The notes: generated from the letters alone by a model not told the origin. Shown: positions 1-10,270, counted from the stretch's first letter. The stretch is DNA of 64,000 nt from an uncultured Piscirickettsiaceae bacterium (GCA_964647705.1 CAZYIW010000003.1:4380-68379); one strand, 5' to 3'. Program-made: numbers and translations.

Positions 1-1484
1 TCTTTTAAATTAATCTTGAGTTTTGACTCAATAATCATACGCAACAGACCTAAGGCCATTCGTCTTAAAGCATAAGGGTCTTTAGAGCCAGTTGGTCCCT
101 GTCCAATGCCATAAATACCTGTTATGGTGTCAATCTTGTCGGCAATGGCTACCGACAAACCTTCCAAAGTTGAAGGCAATGTGTCACCTGAAAATTTAGG
201 GTTGTAATGTTCACGAATAGCAGTTGCCACAGCGTCATCCTCGCCATCATTAAGTGCATAATAGCCACCCATTACTCCTTGAAGGTCTGCAAACTCACCT
301 ACCATATCACTGACTAAATCGGCTTTACACAATGCTCCAGCTCTTTGGCTTTGTTGGGTATTGGCTCCAATCAGCCCGGCAATATGCTCGGCCAACTTTG
401 CAATACGTTTAGATTTATCGCCCACAGAACCTAAAGATTTCATAAACAACACTCGGTCTAGTTTTTCTAAACGTGATTCCAACGATGTTGACTTATCCTG
501 TTGCCAGAAAAACTCTGAATCGGTGAGTCGAGGACGAATCACTCTTTCATTACCGTTAATCACAACGCTCATATCACTAGATTCAATATTGGCAACCGAT
601 ATAAATATTGGTAGCAGTTGAGCCTTATTATCAACCATATGAAAATATTTTTGATGTGACTTCATGGCTGAGATTAATGCTTCTTGGGGTACTGATAGAA
701 AACGCTTGTCAAAGTTACCAGCAAAAGCGCGTGGATATTCTACCAATGCTGTTACTTCATCTAACAAAGCCTCATCAATCACTGCTGTGGACTTATTGTC
801 CTTTGCGACTTGCATGATTTGTTCACGAATCATCTGCTTACGCTGATCAAAGTCAACCTCAATTTGTGCTTTTTTAAACATGGTTTCTCTGTAATTTTTG
901 GCACTGTCAATCGTGAAATTTTTCTCACCGGAAAATCTTAGGCCCCGAGTTATATTGCCAGCTTTTAAACCCATTACCGTGGCGTCAACCACATCAGAAC
1001 CTAAAAGCATAACAAGCCAATGTAGTGGCCTGACAAAATTAAAATCTAGATCACCCCAACGCATTGGTTTGGCAATAGGAATGTTTTTAATGGCTTGATC
1101 GACCACAGACTCTAACAAATCACTTGTCAACTTGCCTTTTTCTTCAGATGAGAAAAAATAATACTCAGAATTACCCAAAGTTTTGATCTCAAGTTTGTCT
1201 TTATCTACACCACAAGACCTCGCAAAACCTTCAAGGGCTTGATCTGGTGCGCCTACTTTTGGTCCTTTACGTTGAACCTCTTGATCATCTTGCTTGAGTT
1301 GTAAATCGCTCACCAAAACCGCCAATCTTCTGGGTGTGGCAAAAGCCTTTGCATCAGTGAAGGATAAGTTTTTTGATTCTAATTCTGCCAATAAATGTTG
1401 TTTTAGCGCTGATGATAGGCGTGGTAATAACTTAGGAGGTAGCTCTTCAGTACCCAGCTCTATGAGAAAGTCTTTTGTATTCAT
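1..1484 (-). CDS. glyS: Glycine--tRNA ligase beta subunit, N-terminal ~494 aa (3' end runs off the window)
   Basis: Absent from the ORF track because it has no stop in the window. My reverse translation from the ATG at 1484-1482 gives [27 protein letters not shown]...[11 protein letters not shown]. This matches the conserved GlyS N-terminus (E. coli ...[13 protein letters not shown]...AAPRRLAL). Confidence 0.9.
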   Translation of the reverse strand, partial: MNTKDFLIELGTEELPPKLLPRLSSALKQHLLAELESKNLSFTDAKAFATPRRLAVLVSDLQLKQDDQEVQRKGPKVGAPDQALEGFARSCGVDKDKLEIKTLGNSEYYFFSSEEKGKLTSDLLESVVDQAIKNIPIAKPMRWGDLDFNFVRPLHWLVMLLGSDVVDATVMGLKAGNITRGLRFSGEKNFTIDSAKNYRETMFKKAQIEVDFDQRKQMIREQIMQVAKDNKSTAVIDEALLDEVTALVEYPRAFAGNFDKRFLSVPQEALISAMKSHQKYFHMVDNKAQLLPIFISVANIESSDMSVVINGNERVIRPRLTDSEFFWQQDKSTSLESRLEKLDRVLFMKSLGSVGDKSKRIAKLAEHIAGLIGANTQQSQRAGALCKADLVSDMVGEFADLQGVMGGYYALNDGEDDAVATAIREHYNPKFSGDTLPSTLEGLSVAIADKIDTITGIYGIGQGPTGSKDPYALRRMALGLLRMIIESKLKINLK

Positions 1485-1496
1485 AGCTGTGCTATT

Positions 1497-2195
1497 TTAA
1501 ATGATTTGAAAACGCAAACTACCATTAAGCAGATCAACCATAACCGAACGTGAATACAATTTGGTTGGCACCACATCGAAACGCTTATAAACACCCGCTA
1601 TAGAGACAAGTTGTGCATTGAACGAATGAATGAATATTGTGGCTTTTTCGTCCCCATGCATACCAGCAAAAATACTGCCCTGCACTTCTTTGTATGCCGA
1701 AATTGAACCATGCGACAAAATCTCTGCACCTTTTTTCACTTGATTTAACAAAACCAAATCTGAATCTTCGGCCAAAATTTGCTGGGAAGAATAAACCTTG
1801 TCGGTTACAATTTTTGGTGCTTGATAGATCTTATCCTGGTGTGGATTAGATGCACTGTCTTTATTGGTTGGGCTAGACTTTTTTTGCTCTGTTGGTGTAA
1901 GCGATTTACCAAAAACAGCCAAACCGGAAAATTTGGCAAAATCAACCAGTTCTTGTTTTTTTGAACGAATGCCCACAGCCACCATGTCATTTTGTGCCAA
2001 AATTTCAATCAACACTGCCAATTCATTGGCTTGATAATGCTTATCCTTAATTTCTAGAATGACTGGCGCATGTTGAAATTGTTTTTTGTTAGAGCTGGCC
2101 AGCTGTTCAATTTCTTCTGCTAATTTTTCTGTGTTGTTAGTCAAAACCCTAAGTGTATAGAGTGCTTCGGTTTGAGTAACAACTTCAATATTCAT
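1497..2195 (-). CDS. minC: Septum site-determining protein MinC
   Basis: The C-terminal beta-helix domain matches MinC (GAEILSHGSISAY...GSIFAGMHGDEKATIFIHSFNAQLVSIAGVY, cf. E. coli [14 protein letters not shown]...IFCTNLMAELVSIAGEY). The N-terminal domain has HAPVILEI. The ORF extends to 2234. I prefer the ATG at 2195, which overlaps the upstream stop (TGATG) and gives MNIEVV... Confidence 0.8.
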   Translation of the reverse strand: MNIEVVTQTEALYTLRVLTNNTEKLAEEIEQLASSNKKQFQHAPVILEIKDKHYQANELAVLIEILAQNDMVAVGIRSKKQELVDFAKFSGLAVFGKSLTPTEQKKSSPTNKDSASNPHQDKIYQAPKIVTDKVYSSQQILAEDSDLVLLNQVKKGAEILSHGSISAYKEVQGSIFAGMHGDEKATIFIHSFNAQLVSIAGVYKRFDVVPTKLYSRSVMVDLLNGSLRFQII

Positions 2196-2590
2196 CAGTT
2201 TTGCCAATTTTGTGTGCAATCGAGAAAATGCCAAACACGTTTCAAACCAACTTCGCCACTGAGCATGAGTTCAAGCGGTGCTTTGTGTTTGAATTTTTTA
2301 ACTGGTCGCTTAAGCCAGATACTGGCGTAATCACGGTTAGTTGGGTAAGTTGTGCCAAGGGCTTCATAAATACCCAAGATAATCTCAGTGCGTGTATTCA
2401 ATGCTTGATCAAAATCAAAGGATTTGTTGCCTCTGCGATATTGATACAAATGTCGAGGCTTGATTGTTTTGGACAATCCAAGAATGGTAAGTTGATCTTC
2501 ATCACTGAGTTGCCAATTCTCTAGAATTTGCGTTAATTGAAAGGTCAACTGCGTTTTTCCTTTTTCGTCTAGCTTATCTACATCAAACAT
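2195..2590 (-). CDS. DUF2384 / MbcA-ParS-like antitoxin-domain protein (orphan, no RES toxin partner)
   Basis: 131 aa. The C-terminal ...YASIWLKRPVKKFKHKAPLELMLSGEVGLKRVWHFLD fits the Xre/MbcA/ParS toxin-binding domain signature (W...P...g..PlelL.t..G...V...L). It shares 1-nt overlaps with tolA upstream (TAATG) and minC downstream. Confidence 0.55.
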   Translation of the reverse strand: MFDVDKLDEKGKTQLTFQLTQILENWQLSDEDQLTILGLSKTIKPRHLYQYRRGNKSFDFDQALNTRTEIILGIYEALGTTYPTNRDYASIWLKRPVKKFKHKAPLELMLSGEVGLKRVWHFLDCTQNWQN

Positions 2591-3504
2591 TAGTTCACCC
2601 TAAAATAAAATAAAATTTCTCGATCAAATACACTCTTATCTGGAGCGTGTGGCAGTGGTGAGGCTTTGTACACCGCTCTTTCAATCGAATTTTTAAATGC
2701 CTGTTCCTTAGAGCTATCGTCGACACTACAGCTTTGTACATTTACCATCTCTACTTTTCCATTGATATCTTGCAAAATGTAAACGTCACAACCCCAGTAG
2801 TCTTTACCGCCGTTAAAACGCCATTTATCCCTTACTCGGGCAGCAATTTGATTTACATAGTTCGTTTTTAATTCATTAATAATGTCTTCTTGAGCAATGA
2901 GTCTTTCTTGGTCTTCCTCAGCTTGAATTTCTTTTTTCAATGCGCGATTTTTTTGTTCTTTGTTGAATTTATCGGCTTCAACTTTGCGCTTTTTCTCAAG
3001 TTCTTTTTTCTTTTTCTCAGCTATCTTGGCCTTTTGTTTGGCTTCTTTGGCTTTTTTCTCAGCTTCTTTGGCTTTTTTCTCAGCCAATTTGCGTTTTTTC
3101 TCTAGCTCTTTTTGTTTTTTGGCTAATTTTTCTTTTTCTAATTTGAGTCTTTTGAGTCTTTGTTGTTCCTTATAACGTTCATTCTCTAATTTCTTTTCTG
3201 CACGCTTTAATTCTTTTATGCGTTGTTCTTCTTTTTTTAGTTTTTGTTGTTTTTTCTGCTCAATGTCAACCAGGCGCTGTTTTTCTTTTTTAATTGATTC
3301 TAAATCCACAGTCACTGCTTTAGGCAAAACCTTGGTTTTTGGAGGTTCTTTAGGTATTTCCCAACGCTGAACATTGGCAAAAATCAAAGAAATTAACAAA
3401 ATTAAGTGAAAAACTACCGCTGTCCAAAACGCAAACGGGTGTTTTTTGGCTATCTGTGGTAGCTTGATTTTTTTAAACAAATTACCAATCCAGTCCGCAT
3501 TCAT
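2590..3504 (-). CDS. tolA: Tol-Pal system protein TolA
   Basis: It has an N-terminal TM segment (FAFWTAVVFHLILLISLIF), a long Lys/Glu/Ala-rich helical domain and a globular C-terminal domain. It sits directly after tolQ-tolR. Confidence 0.85.
   Translation of the reverse strand: MNADWIGNLFKKIKLPQIAKKHPFAFWTAVVFHLILLISLIFANVQRWEIPKEPPKTKVLPKAVTVDLESIKKEKQRLVDIEQKKQQKLKKEEQRIKELKRAEKKLENERYKEQQRLKRLKLEKEKLAKKQKELEKKRKLAEKKAKEAEKKAKEAKQKAKIAEKKKKELEKKRKVEADKFNKEQKNRALKKEIQAEEDQERLIAQEDIINELKTNYVNQIAARVRDKWRFNGGKDYWGCDVYILQDINGKVEMVNVQSCSVDDSSKEQAFKNSIERAVYKASPLPHAPDKSVFDREILFYFRVN
3041..3082. repeat. Perfect 21-bp tandem duplication inside tolA (encodes EKKAKEA x2)
   Basis: gcttctttggcttttttctca occurs at 3041-3061 and again at 3062-3082. 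Confidence 0.9.
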
Positions 3505-3957
3505 TTATTTTGCCTCAGGTGATTCAGTCACTATGCCTACTTTATCCACACCATTGTTTTGCAAAAATGACATCAAGCTCACTACCGACCCATAATCCAC
3601 TTCACGATCACCTCTGACAAAAACTTTCATTTGTGGATAGATGTCTAAACGCGCACGCACGCGTCCCGCAATCACACCCAATGGTAATTTATCGCCGCCG
3701 GTAACTTGAGTGTTATTCTCATCCAAAGAATTGATAAAGTACTCACCCAATTTATTAATCGTGATAATGGTTGGTTGTTGCTCGCTAAAGTCGACCATTT
3801 TGGTTTCAGCCGATGGCAGATCAACTTCAATGCCTTGCTCGATTATCGGCGTGGTCATCATAAAAATCACCAACAACACCAACATAACATCAATATAAGG
3901 AACAATATTAATCTGTGCTTCGGTGGCAGGTCTAGCGCGTTTTGGCAGTTCAATCAT
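3505..3957 (-). CDS. tolR: Tol-Pal system protein TolR (ExbD/TolR family)
   Basis: 150 aa. The motif INIVPYIDVMLVLLVIFM is typical of ExbD/TolR. It lies between tolQ and tolA. Confidence 0.9.
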   Translation of the reverse strand: MIELPKRARPATEAQINIVPYIDVMLVLLVIFMMTTPIIEQGIEVDLPSAETKMVDFSEQQPTIITINKLGEYFINSLDENNTQVTGGDKLPLGVIAGRVRARLDIYPQMKVFVRGDREVDYGSVVSLMSFLQNNGVDKVGIVTESPEAK

Positions 3958-3972
3958 ATTGCCGATCTATGT

Positions 3973-4641
3973 TTATTTTTGTCTTTGAAAGATTACAAAT
4001 AGTTCTTCGATAAAAGAGGTGTATTTATTCCCAATGGATTCTACTTGAGTCACCAAACGATTATAAGCGATGGTAGCGGGTATCGCAGCAAACAAACCAA
4101 AAGCCGTGGCAATAAGCGCTTCTGCAATACCAGGGGCCACAACAGCAATAGTAGCTTGCTTGACCGAGGCTAAGCCAATAAATGAATGCATGATTCCCCA
4201 AACAGTACCAAATAAACCAATATAAGGAGACGATGAGGCAATCATCGCTAAGATGCTAAGCCCGTTATCTAGGCGATCTACCTCGTCATTAGCAGTCGTA
4301 TTCATGGCACGATACGCTCTCTCAGAATTCATAACCAAAGCTTGGTTAGAAATAGATTTAGAATGATTAAATTCTGCGTAACCCGAGCCAAAAATATCCT
4401 CCATTGGTGTGCGATTAGCTCTGACCATTGGAATCTGTTTAGACAATTTTTCCAAATCAGTATCACTAAGAAAATGATTATGAAATTCGCGAATGTCTTT
4501 GTTGGCGTCCATGAGTGTTTTTTTCTTGGACAGAATAATGGTCCAAGAATAGATACTCATCAATACCAGAATAAACATCACCAATTGCACCACAAAACCT
4601 GCATCGATAATCAGGCTAAAAATACTTAGACTATTGTTCAT
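3973..4641 (-). CDS. tolQ: Tol-Pal system protein TolQ (MotA/TolQ/ExbB channel)
   Basis: 222 aa with 3 TM segments and the conserved ...SSSPYIGLFGTVWGIM...APGIAEALIATAFGLFAAIPA motif. Confidence 0.92.
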   Translation of the reverse strand: MNNSLSIFSLIIDAGFVVQLVMFILVLMSIYSWTIILSKKKTLMDANKDIREFHNHFLSDTDLEKLSKQIPMVRANRTPMEDIFGSGYAEFNHSKSISNQALVMNSERAYRAMNTTANDEVDRLDNGLSILAMIASSSPYIGLFGTVWGIMHSFIGLASVKQATIAVVAPGIAEALIATAFGLFAAIPATIAYNRLVTQVESIGNKYTSFIEELFVIFQRQK

Positions 4642-5032
4642 TAACTGCCTCCAAAATCATCGTTGGTATGGCGCAAGGTTTAAAAGTTTTTGCATTCAAA
4701 CAGGCCACTGTTACTTGAGAGTTAAATAATACCTTATTTTGTTTTAAACTCAGGATTTTCTGTGAAAAAATCAAACTGGCTTGACGTATTTTTTCTACGT
4801 CAGTCTGTACCAAGATCTGTTCATTAAATCTAGCAGGATAATGGTACTTGGCACTGAGTGATTTAACCGCAAAAATAACATTTTTATTTTCAATTAACCA
4901 GTCCTGCTCAAAACCCAACTCTCTTAAGTATTCTGTACGCCCTCTTTCAATAAATTTAAGATAATTGGCGTAATAAACCACACCTGCACTATCTGTGTCT
5001 TCGTAATAAACTCTAAGGCTGATCTCACTCAT
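4631..5032 (-). CDS. ybgC: Tol-Pal-associated acyl-CoA thioesterase YbgC (4HBT hotdog fold)
   Basis: 133 aa. It has [18 protein letters not shown], the hallmark of the YbgC/4HBT family, and lies directly upstream of tolQ as in E. coli. Confidence 0.88.
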   Translation of the reverse strand: MSEISLRVYYEDTDSAGVVYYANYLKFIERGRTEYLRELGFEQDWLIENKNVIFAVKSLSAKYHYPARFNEQILVQTDVEKIRQASLIFSQKILSLKQNKVLFNSQVTVACLNAKTFKPCAIPTMILEAVNEQ

Positions 5033-6053
5033 TAAACAAATCTTTTTCTTTGGTATTTTTTACCAAGCCCAGATGAGCATAAGCCAAATCAGTTGCACTT
5101 CGTCCTCTTGGCGTGCGCATGATAAAGCCTTGTTGAATCAAAAACGGTTCAACCATATCTTCTAAAGTGCCTCGTTCTTCACCAACGGCGGTTGATAATG
5201 TATCCAGCCCCACTGGTCCTCCTGAGAATTTTTGAATAATAATATTGAGATAATCTCGATCCAATTGTTCCAATCCGGCATCATCTACTTTCAGAGTTGT
5301 CAGAGCTTCGTCTGCAATTTTTTGATGGATAATTCCATTGGTTTTCACTTCAGCAAAATCACGAACACGCCTTAATAAACGATTGGCAATTCTTGGAGTA
5401 CCTCTTGATCGTTTAGCGATTTCTAAAGCCCCGCCCTGTTCAATGCTGATATTAAGAATACCGGCAGATCGTTTAATAATTTGTTGTAAATCATTAATCT
5501 CATAAAAAGCCAAACGCTGAACTATGCCAAAACGATCTCTGAGTGGAGAAGTTAACATGCCTGCCCTTGTTGTCGCACCAATGAGTGTAAAGGGCGGTAA
5601 GTCAATTTGCACCGAATGCGCAGCCACACCTTCACCAACCATAATATCGAGCTTAAAGTCTTCTAATGCGGGGTATAAAATCTCTTCCACGACAGGATTT
5701 AAACGATGAATTTCATCAATAAAGAGAATATCATAGGGCTCGAGTTTGGTAAGAATAGCGGCCAAATCTCCTGAACGCTCAAGAACCGGGCCTGCGGTTT
5801 GTCTTAAACCAGCGCCCATACTGTTGGCAATCACATGAGCTAATGTGGTTTTTCCCAGCCCTGGTGGACCGTAGATTAGACAATGATCTAGGGCGTCGTT
5901 ACGCGCTTTAGCTGCTTTGATAAATAAAGACATTTGACTTTTAACGTCGGCTTGTCCAATATAGTTAGAAAGCGAATCCGGTCGCACCGATTTCATCAAA
6001 ACATCTTCATTGTTTTGATTTTGTCCACTTACAAGCGAGTCTTCTTCTATCAT
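5025..6053 (-). CDS. ruvB: Holliday junction branch migration helicase RuvB
   Basis: It has Walker [12 protein letters not shown], Walker [10 protein letters not shown], and the TTRAG.LT.PLRDRFG and [15 protein letters not shown] motifs. Confidence 0.97.
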   Translation of the reverse strand: MIEEDSLVSGQNQNNEDVLMKSVRPDSLSNYIGQADVKSQMSLFIKAAKARNDALDHCLIYGPPGLGKTTLAHVIANSMGAGLRQTAGPVLERSGDLAAILTKLEPYDILFIDEIHRLNPVVEEILYPALEDFKLDIMVGEGVAAHSVQIDLPPFTLIGATTRAGMLTSPLRDRFGIVQRLAFYEINDLQQIIKRSAGILNISIEQGGALEIAKRSRGTPRIANRLLRRVRDFAEVKTNGIIHQKIADEALTTLKVDDAGLEQLDRDYLNIIIQKFSGGPVGLDTLSTAVGEERGTLEDMVEPFLIQQGFIMRTPRGRSATDLAYAHLGLVKNTKEKDLFNE

Positions 6054-6075
6054 TAAAAACTGTCCAATTTTTTTG

Positions 6076-6582
6076 TCATTTTAACTGATTCACCTGACTA
6101 ATCTGCAATTTGATTTGAATGGGCTCGTGTTTGTGTTCCAGCTTGAGTATTTTAGGATAGCGTTGATTATTGATTTGTTGGTAACGCTGAATTGACAATT
6201 GCCAGTTTGGATCCCTAAATCCTTGATTAAATACAATGTTTTTTAGCTTTTTAATTGGAAAATGCCAACCCATCTGGGTGTGCATCCATGCTTGTAAGTC
6301 ATCATGAATGGTTTTTTGATTGATGATTAACTGCTGATTCTTTGAATCAATCAACCATTGCCCCATGGCTAATACTGAGGTTAACTTGAGTTGAAAATCT
6401 GTGTGATTAAATGCAATTTGATACTCTGCACTCTGATAACCCTTAACACCATTCACCGATAACTTTCCACTCATATTCCAAACACTGGGGATGGCGTGTG
6501 GCTTGTTATCATTCACACGCTCCATTGTGGACGAACAACCAAAAAGTAACAAAAGTAGTGGATAAAATATAACTTGAAACAT
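6076..6582 (-). CDS. lolB: Outer-membrane lipoprotein LolB (probable)
   Basis: 168 aa with a lipobox LLLFGC-SS. Size and hydrophobic pattern fit LolB. It is divergent from hemA-prfA, exactly as lolB is in E. coli. Confidence 0.65.
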   Translation of the reverse strand: MFQVIFYPLLLLLFGCSSTMERVNDNKPHAIPSVWNMSGKLSVNGVKGYQSAEYQIAFNHTDFQLKLTSVLAMGQWLIDSKNQQLIINQKTIHDDLQAWMHTQMGWHFPIKKLKNIVFNQGFRDPNWQLSIQRYQQINNQRYPKILKLEHKHEPIQIKLQISQVNQLK

Positions 6583-6618
6583 CGCGCTCCATTGTAACGA
6601 TAAACACCCACCTTTAGG

Positions 6619-6624
6619 TATAAT
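6619..6624 (+). promoter_or_regulatory. Candidate -10 box (TATAAT) for hemA-prfA
   Basis: aggTATAATtaa lies 34 nt upstream of the hemA ATG, in the only intergenic space (75 bp). Confidence 0.35.
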
Positions 6625-6657
6625 TAATGGCTTATTTGCATCTGTTAATTAGAATTT

Positions 6658-7929
6658 ATGCCACATATTGCAATTTTGAGTGTTAATCACCAACTTGCAC
6701 CCGTTGAAGTCAGAGAAAAAGTGGCCTTTGCTTCTAGTGATCTCACACATGCACTAAACAGCCTTAAAGACTTAGAAGGGGTTAACGCTTGTGTGATTCT
6801 TTCAACCTGTAATCGATCAGAAGTCTATGCAGTTGTAGATGCACAACAACCTAAAGAAATACTGAGCAACTTTTTAGCCAATACACACCAAATTAAGCGT
6901 GAAGACTTAGACCCTTATCTAAGTTACTTTGAAAATGATGATGCACTTGAACATATCTGTCATGTGGCAATAGGCTTAGATTCTTTGGTGTTTGGTGAAC
7001 CGCAAATATTGGGCCAATTAAAAGACGCCTATCATGTGGCCAAAGACACAGGCACTTTGGACAAAATTTTAGAAAAATTATTCCAACACGCTTTTTCTGT
7101 TGCCAAAAAAGTAAGAACCGACACACAGATTGGCTCCTCCCCAGTATCGGTTGCCTATTGTGCTGTTAAACTGAGCGAAAAGATTTTTGCAAACTTGTCT
7201 GAACAAACCGTATTACTTATTGGTGCAGGAGAGATGATTGAACTGTGCGCTCAACATCTTACTCAAAAAGGGGTGGAGCAGATGATTGTCGCTAATCGAA
7301 CGCTAGATAATGCCAAAAAGATTGCCAATTTATACAGTGCTAGTGCGATTAGTTTAAAACAGTTTTCCAACGTTATACACCAAGCTGATATTGTAATTAC
7401 TTCAACTGCAGCTTCGGTGCCAATCATCGGTAAAGGCTTGATTGAAACAGCATTAAAGCTGCGCAAACATAAGCCAATTTTTATGCTTGATATAGCTATC
7501 CCTAGAGACGTCGAACCTGAAGTTGGCCAACTCGATGATGTGTTTTTATATACCGTGGATGATCTACAACAAGTGGTCAGTGACAATATCGACTCCAGAC
7601 AAAGAGAAAAAGCCCTTGCCGAGCAGATTATTAAAGATCAGAATAAAAATTTTTCAAATTGGCTGGAGTCACTTCCAAACGAACAGGTTGTGCAATCCTA
7701 TCGACAAAATGCACATGCTATTAAGGATGAGGCTGTTAAAAATACGCTGAAAAAACTCAAGAACGGTGGCGATTCAGCTGCACTGATACAAGAGTTGGCT
7801 GACCAACTGACAAACAAACTTCTACACGCACCTTTTCAAAATATTAAAAAAGCAGAACAAACCCAATTACAAAAATGTGGTGATTGTGTCCCTTTGTCAA
7901 AAAACGATATCGATATTAACAACACATGA
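6658..7929 (+). CDS. hemA: Glutamyl-tRNA reductase
   Basis: It has the active-site motif STCNRSEVY, the NADPH motif LLIGAGEM and the conserved HLxRVA-type motif ([22 protein letters not shown]). Confidence 0.96.
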   Translation: MPHIAILSVNHQLAPVEVREKVAFASSDLTHALNSLKDLEGVNACVILSTCNRSEVYAVVDAQQPKEILSNFLANTHQIKREDLDPYLSYFENDDALEHICHVAIGLDSLVFGEPQILGQLKDAYHVAKDTGTLDKILEKLFQHAFSVAKKVRTDTQIGSSPVSVAYCAVKLSEKIFANLSEQTVLLIGAGEMIELCAQHLTQKGVEQMIVANRTLDNAKKIANLYSASAISLKQFSNVIHQADIVITSTAASVPIIGKGLIETALKLRKHKPIFMLDIAIPRDVEPEVGQLDDVFLYTVDDLQQVVSDNIDSRQREKALAEQIIKDQNKNFSNWLESLPNEQVVQSYRQNAHAIKDEAVKNTLKKLKNGGDSAALIQELADQLTNKLLHAPFQNIKKAEQTQLQKCGDCVPLSKNDIDINNT

Positions 7930-9011
7930 ACGATTCTATTTTGTCAAAACTTGAACGCTTGTCGATGCGTCTTGAAGAGGTCGGTGTCATGCTTTCCGAT
8001 CCTGATGTGGCTAGCGATCAGAAAAAATTTCGCGAACTTTCAATCGAACATTCGCAACTCACACCTGTTAGTGAGCAATACCAAGAATATCTCGCAACTC
8101 AGGCTGACATTGAAACGGCAGAGCAGATGCTTCTAGAAGATGATGAAGAATTAAAATCCATGGCCAAAGATGAAATAGCCACAGGCAAACAACGTCTAGA
8201 AGAGCTAGATCTTGACCTTAAAAAAGCGCTTTTACCAAAAGATCCAAATGATTCTCGTAATATTATTATTGAAATTAGAGCGGGTACTGGTGGAGACGAA
8301 GCTGCGATTTTCTCTGGTGATTTGTTTCGAATGTATTCGCGTTATGTAGAAAGACAAAAATGGCAAATTGAAATCATGTCTTCTAGTATTGGTGAACATG
8401 GTGGCTTTAAGGAGATTATTGCCAGAATTAATGGTAGTGATGTTTATTCTAAACTCAAATTTGAATCAGGCGCACATCGTGTACAACGTGTGCCTGAGAC
8501 CGAATCTCAGGGTCGTGTTCATACGTCTGCCTGTACAGTGGCGGTAATGCCTGAAGTTGAAAATATTGAGGAAGTGGATATTAATATGAATGATGTGCGT
8601 ATTGACACTTTCAGAGCCAGTGGCGCTGGCGGTCAACATGTGAATAAAACCGATTCAGCTGTGCGTGTAACACACCTACCAACTGGAACAGTAGTGGAAT
8701 GTCAAGACGGGCGATCACAACACAAAAATAAAGCACAAGCTTTGTCTGTTTTGGCCTCAAGAATTTTAGACGAACAACAACGCGTGCAACAACAAGAGCA
8801 AGCTTCAGCACGCAAAGAACTGGTTGGTAGTGGCGATCGCTCACAAAGAATTCGTACTTATAATTACCCTCAAGGACGTATAACCGATCATCGAATTAAT
8901 CTAACTCTGTACAAGCTTGCGGAGGTTATGGAAGGCGAACTTGATGCGGTTATTGAACCGCTGATAGTTGAACAACAAACCAATCAATTAATGGCGTTAA
9001 GCGAGAATTAA
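7926..9011 (+). CDS. prfA: Peptide chain release factor 1
   Basis: It has [13 protein letters not shown] (GGQ motif) and an RF1-type recognition loop ([18 protein letters not shown]). It shares an ATGA overlap with hemA. Confidence 0.97.
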   Translation: MNDSILSKLERLSMRLEEVGVMLSDPDVASDQKKFRELSIEHSQLTPVSEQYQEYLATQADIETAEQMLLEDDEELKSMAKDEIATGKQRLEELDLDLKKALLPKDPNDSRNIIIEIRAGTGGDEAAIFSGDLFRMYSRYVERQKWQIEIMSSSIGEHGGFKEIIARINGSDVYSKLKFESGAHRVQRVPETESQGRVHTSACTVAVMPEVENIEEVDINMNDVRIDTFRASGAGGQHVNKTDSAVRVTHLPTGTVVECQDGRSQHKNKAQALSVLASRILDEQQRVQQQEQASARKELVGSGDRSQRIRTYNYPQGRITDHRINLTLYKLAEVMEGELDAVIEPLIVEQQTNQLMALSEN

Positions 9012-9802
9012 CCGGTGTGCTTGGTTGCTAAAAATTGCGAAAAAATAAACATAGCGCCCAATAAAATCACAATCAATGGTCCTGTAGCAATATCGACAAA
9101 AATGGAAATCCAGATTCCGCTACATACCGCCAACATGGCGAAACCAATTGATTGAAAAATCATCTGTATGGGTGTTTTTGCAAAAACACGGGCAATCGCT
9201 GGTGGGATAATCAAAAGAGAGGTAATTAAAAGCACGCCCACAATCTGAACCGATACAGAAACTGCCAATGCAATCATCAACATAAACAACAGTTGATAGA
9301 AAAGATAATTCACCCCTTCTGCTCTGGCTAAATCTTCGCTTAAGGTTAGTAATAAAAGCCTGTGATAAAAAAAGCTAAGCAACACAATAATTAAAACAGC
9401 AATACCATAAACCCAAAAGATATCACTCTGACCGATAGCCAATATATCACCAAACAAAAAACCAAGATAATCGGTATTGGGTGCTGCCACTAAGGTCAAA
9501 ACTACAATGCCTAAGGAAAGTGCAATATGTGAGAAGATACCTAAGATGGCATCGTTTGAAAAAAAATGCTTTGATTGTAATATTACAACCAAAGAGGCAA
9601 ACAATGCACCCACCAAAACCAATGAAAAATGTAGATTTAATCCACTTGCTATTCCCAATGCTACGCCAAGAAGCGCAGAATGAGAAATAGATTCAGAGAA
9701 ATAGCTCATGCGTCTCCAAATTACAAACGAACCCAAAGAACCGGCAATGATCGAGATACCAATACCCGCTAGAAACGCTCTAAGAATAAAATCTTCCATC
9801 AT
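9008..9802 (-). CDS. znuB: Zinc ABC transporter permease ZnuB (ABC-3 family)
   Basis: It is near-collinear with E. coli ZnuB ([15 protein letters not shown]...HSALLGVA...[16 protein letters not shown]). Confidence 0.85.
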   Translation of the reverse strand: MMEDFILRAFLAGIGISIIAGSLGSFVIWRRMSYFSESISHSALLGVALGIASGLNLHFSLVLVGALFASLVVILQSKHFFSNDAILGIFSHIALSLGIVVLTLVAAPNTDYLGFLFGDILAIGQSDIFWVYGIAVLIIVLLSFFYHRLLLLTLSEDLARAEGVNYLFYQLLFMLMIALAVSVSVQIVGVLLITSLLIIPPAIARVFAKTPIQMIFQSIGFAMLAVCSGIWISIFVDIATGPLIVILLGAMFIFSQFLATKHTG

Positions 9803-9862
9803 TTATTAAATAACCGGTTCTCTATCAAGAGATTTTTCTGAAATAAAAGGTAAGTGGAAAAA

Positions 9863-10270
9863 CTATTGGCACTCTTTACAAAGGCCATATAAATATAGGC
9901 AATGGTCCGTTAGTTGATAACCATATTTGTGGGCCACATCGTTTTGATGTTTTTCAATAACATCGTCTTGAAACTCATCAATTTTGCCACATTTGATACA
10001 CACTAGGTGATCATGGTGCTCAACATTTGAAAGCTCATAAACACTCTGTCCATTATCAAAATTAAGCTTATTGACCATGCCTGCTTCTTCAAATTGAGTC
10101 AACACACGATAAATTGTTGCAACACCAACCTCTTCGCCCTGAGTAATCAATGTACGATATATATCCTCTGCACTCATGTGATGCTCTTCACTGGTTTCCA
10201 ATACCTCTAAAATCTTAAGTCGAGGCAGTGTTACCTTAAGTCCAGCACTTTTTAAATCTTGGGCGTCCAT
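9863..10270 (-). CDS. fur: Ferric uptake regulator Fur
   Basis: LKSAGLKVTLPRLKILEVL...ATIYRVLTQFEEAGMV...HHDHLVCIKCGKIDEF is almost residue-for-residue E. coli Fur. It is divergent from bamE/omlA, as in Pseudomonas. Confidence 0.9.
   Translation of the reverse strand: MDAQDLKSAGLKVTLPRLKILEVLETSEEHHMSAEDIYRTLITQGEEVGVATIYRVLTQFEEAGMVNKLNFDNGQSVYELSNVEHHDHLVCIKCGKIDEFQDDVIEKHQNDVAHKYGYQLTDHCLYLYGLCKECQ

Noticed and set aside
361-1500. Several 60-86-aa plus-strand ORFs (361-621, 608-817, 664-846, 898-1098, 1294-1500).
   Set aside because: They lie antisense to a long uninterrupted minus-strand reading frame that translates to a clear GlyS N-terminus. Their products are low-complexity with no motifs.
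2195-2590. I looked for a RES-domain or other toxin ORF next to the DUF2384-like gene, to test whether this is an intact toxin-antitoxin pair.
   Set aside because: Both neighbours are tolA and minC with 1-nt junctions, and no additional ORF fits on either strand. It is therefore not a complete TA module in this window.
2890-3175. Plus-strand ORFs inside tolA rich in F/L/S (2890-3105, 2960-3175).
   Set aside because: They are the antisense reading of the Lys/Glu (AAR/GAR) repeat of TolA, a compositional artefact.
7926-9011. I checked for a programmed +1 frameshift in the release-factor gene.
   Set aside because: This is prfA (RF1), read as a single uninterrupted ORF. The autoregulatory frameshift is a prfB feature.
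9863-10270. The possibility that the Fur-family regulator is Zur, because it precedes znuB.
   Set aside because: The sequence is almost residue-for-residue E. coli Fur (LKVTLPRLKILEVL, HHDHLVCIKCGK). It has the Pseudomonas-type divergent fur<>omlA(bamE) synteny, so I call it Fur. The znuB linkage is reported as a finding instead.
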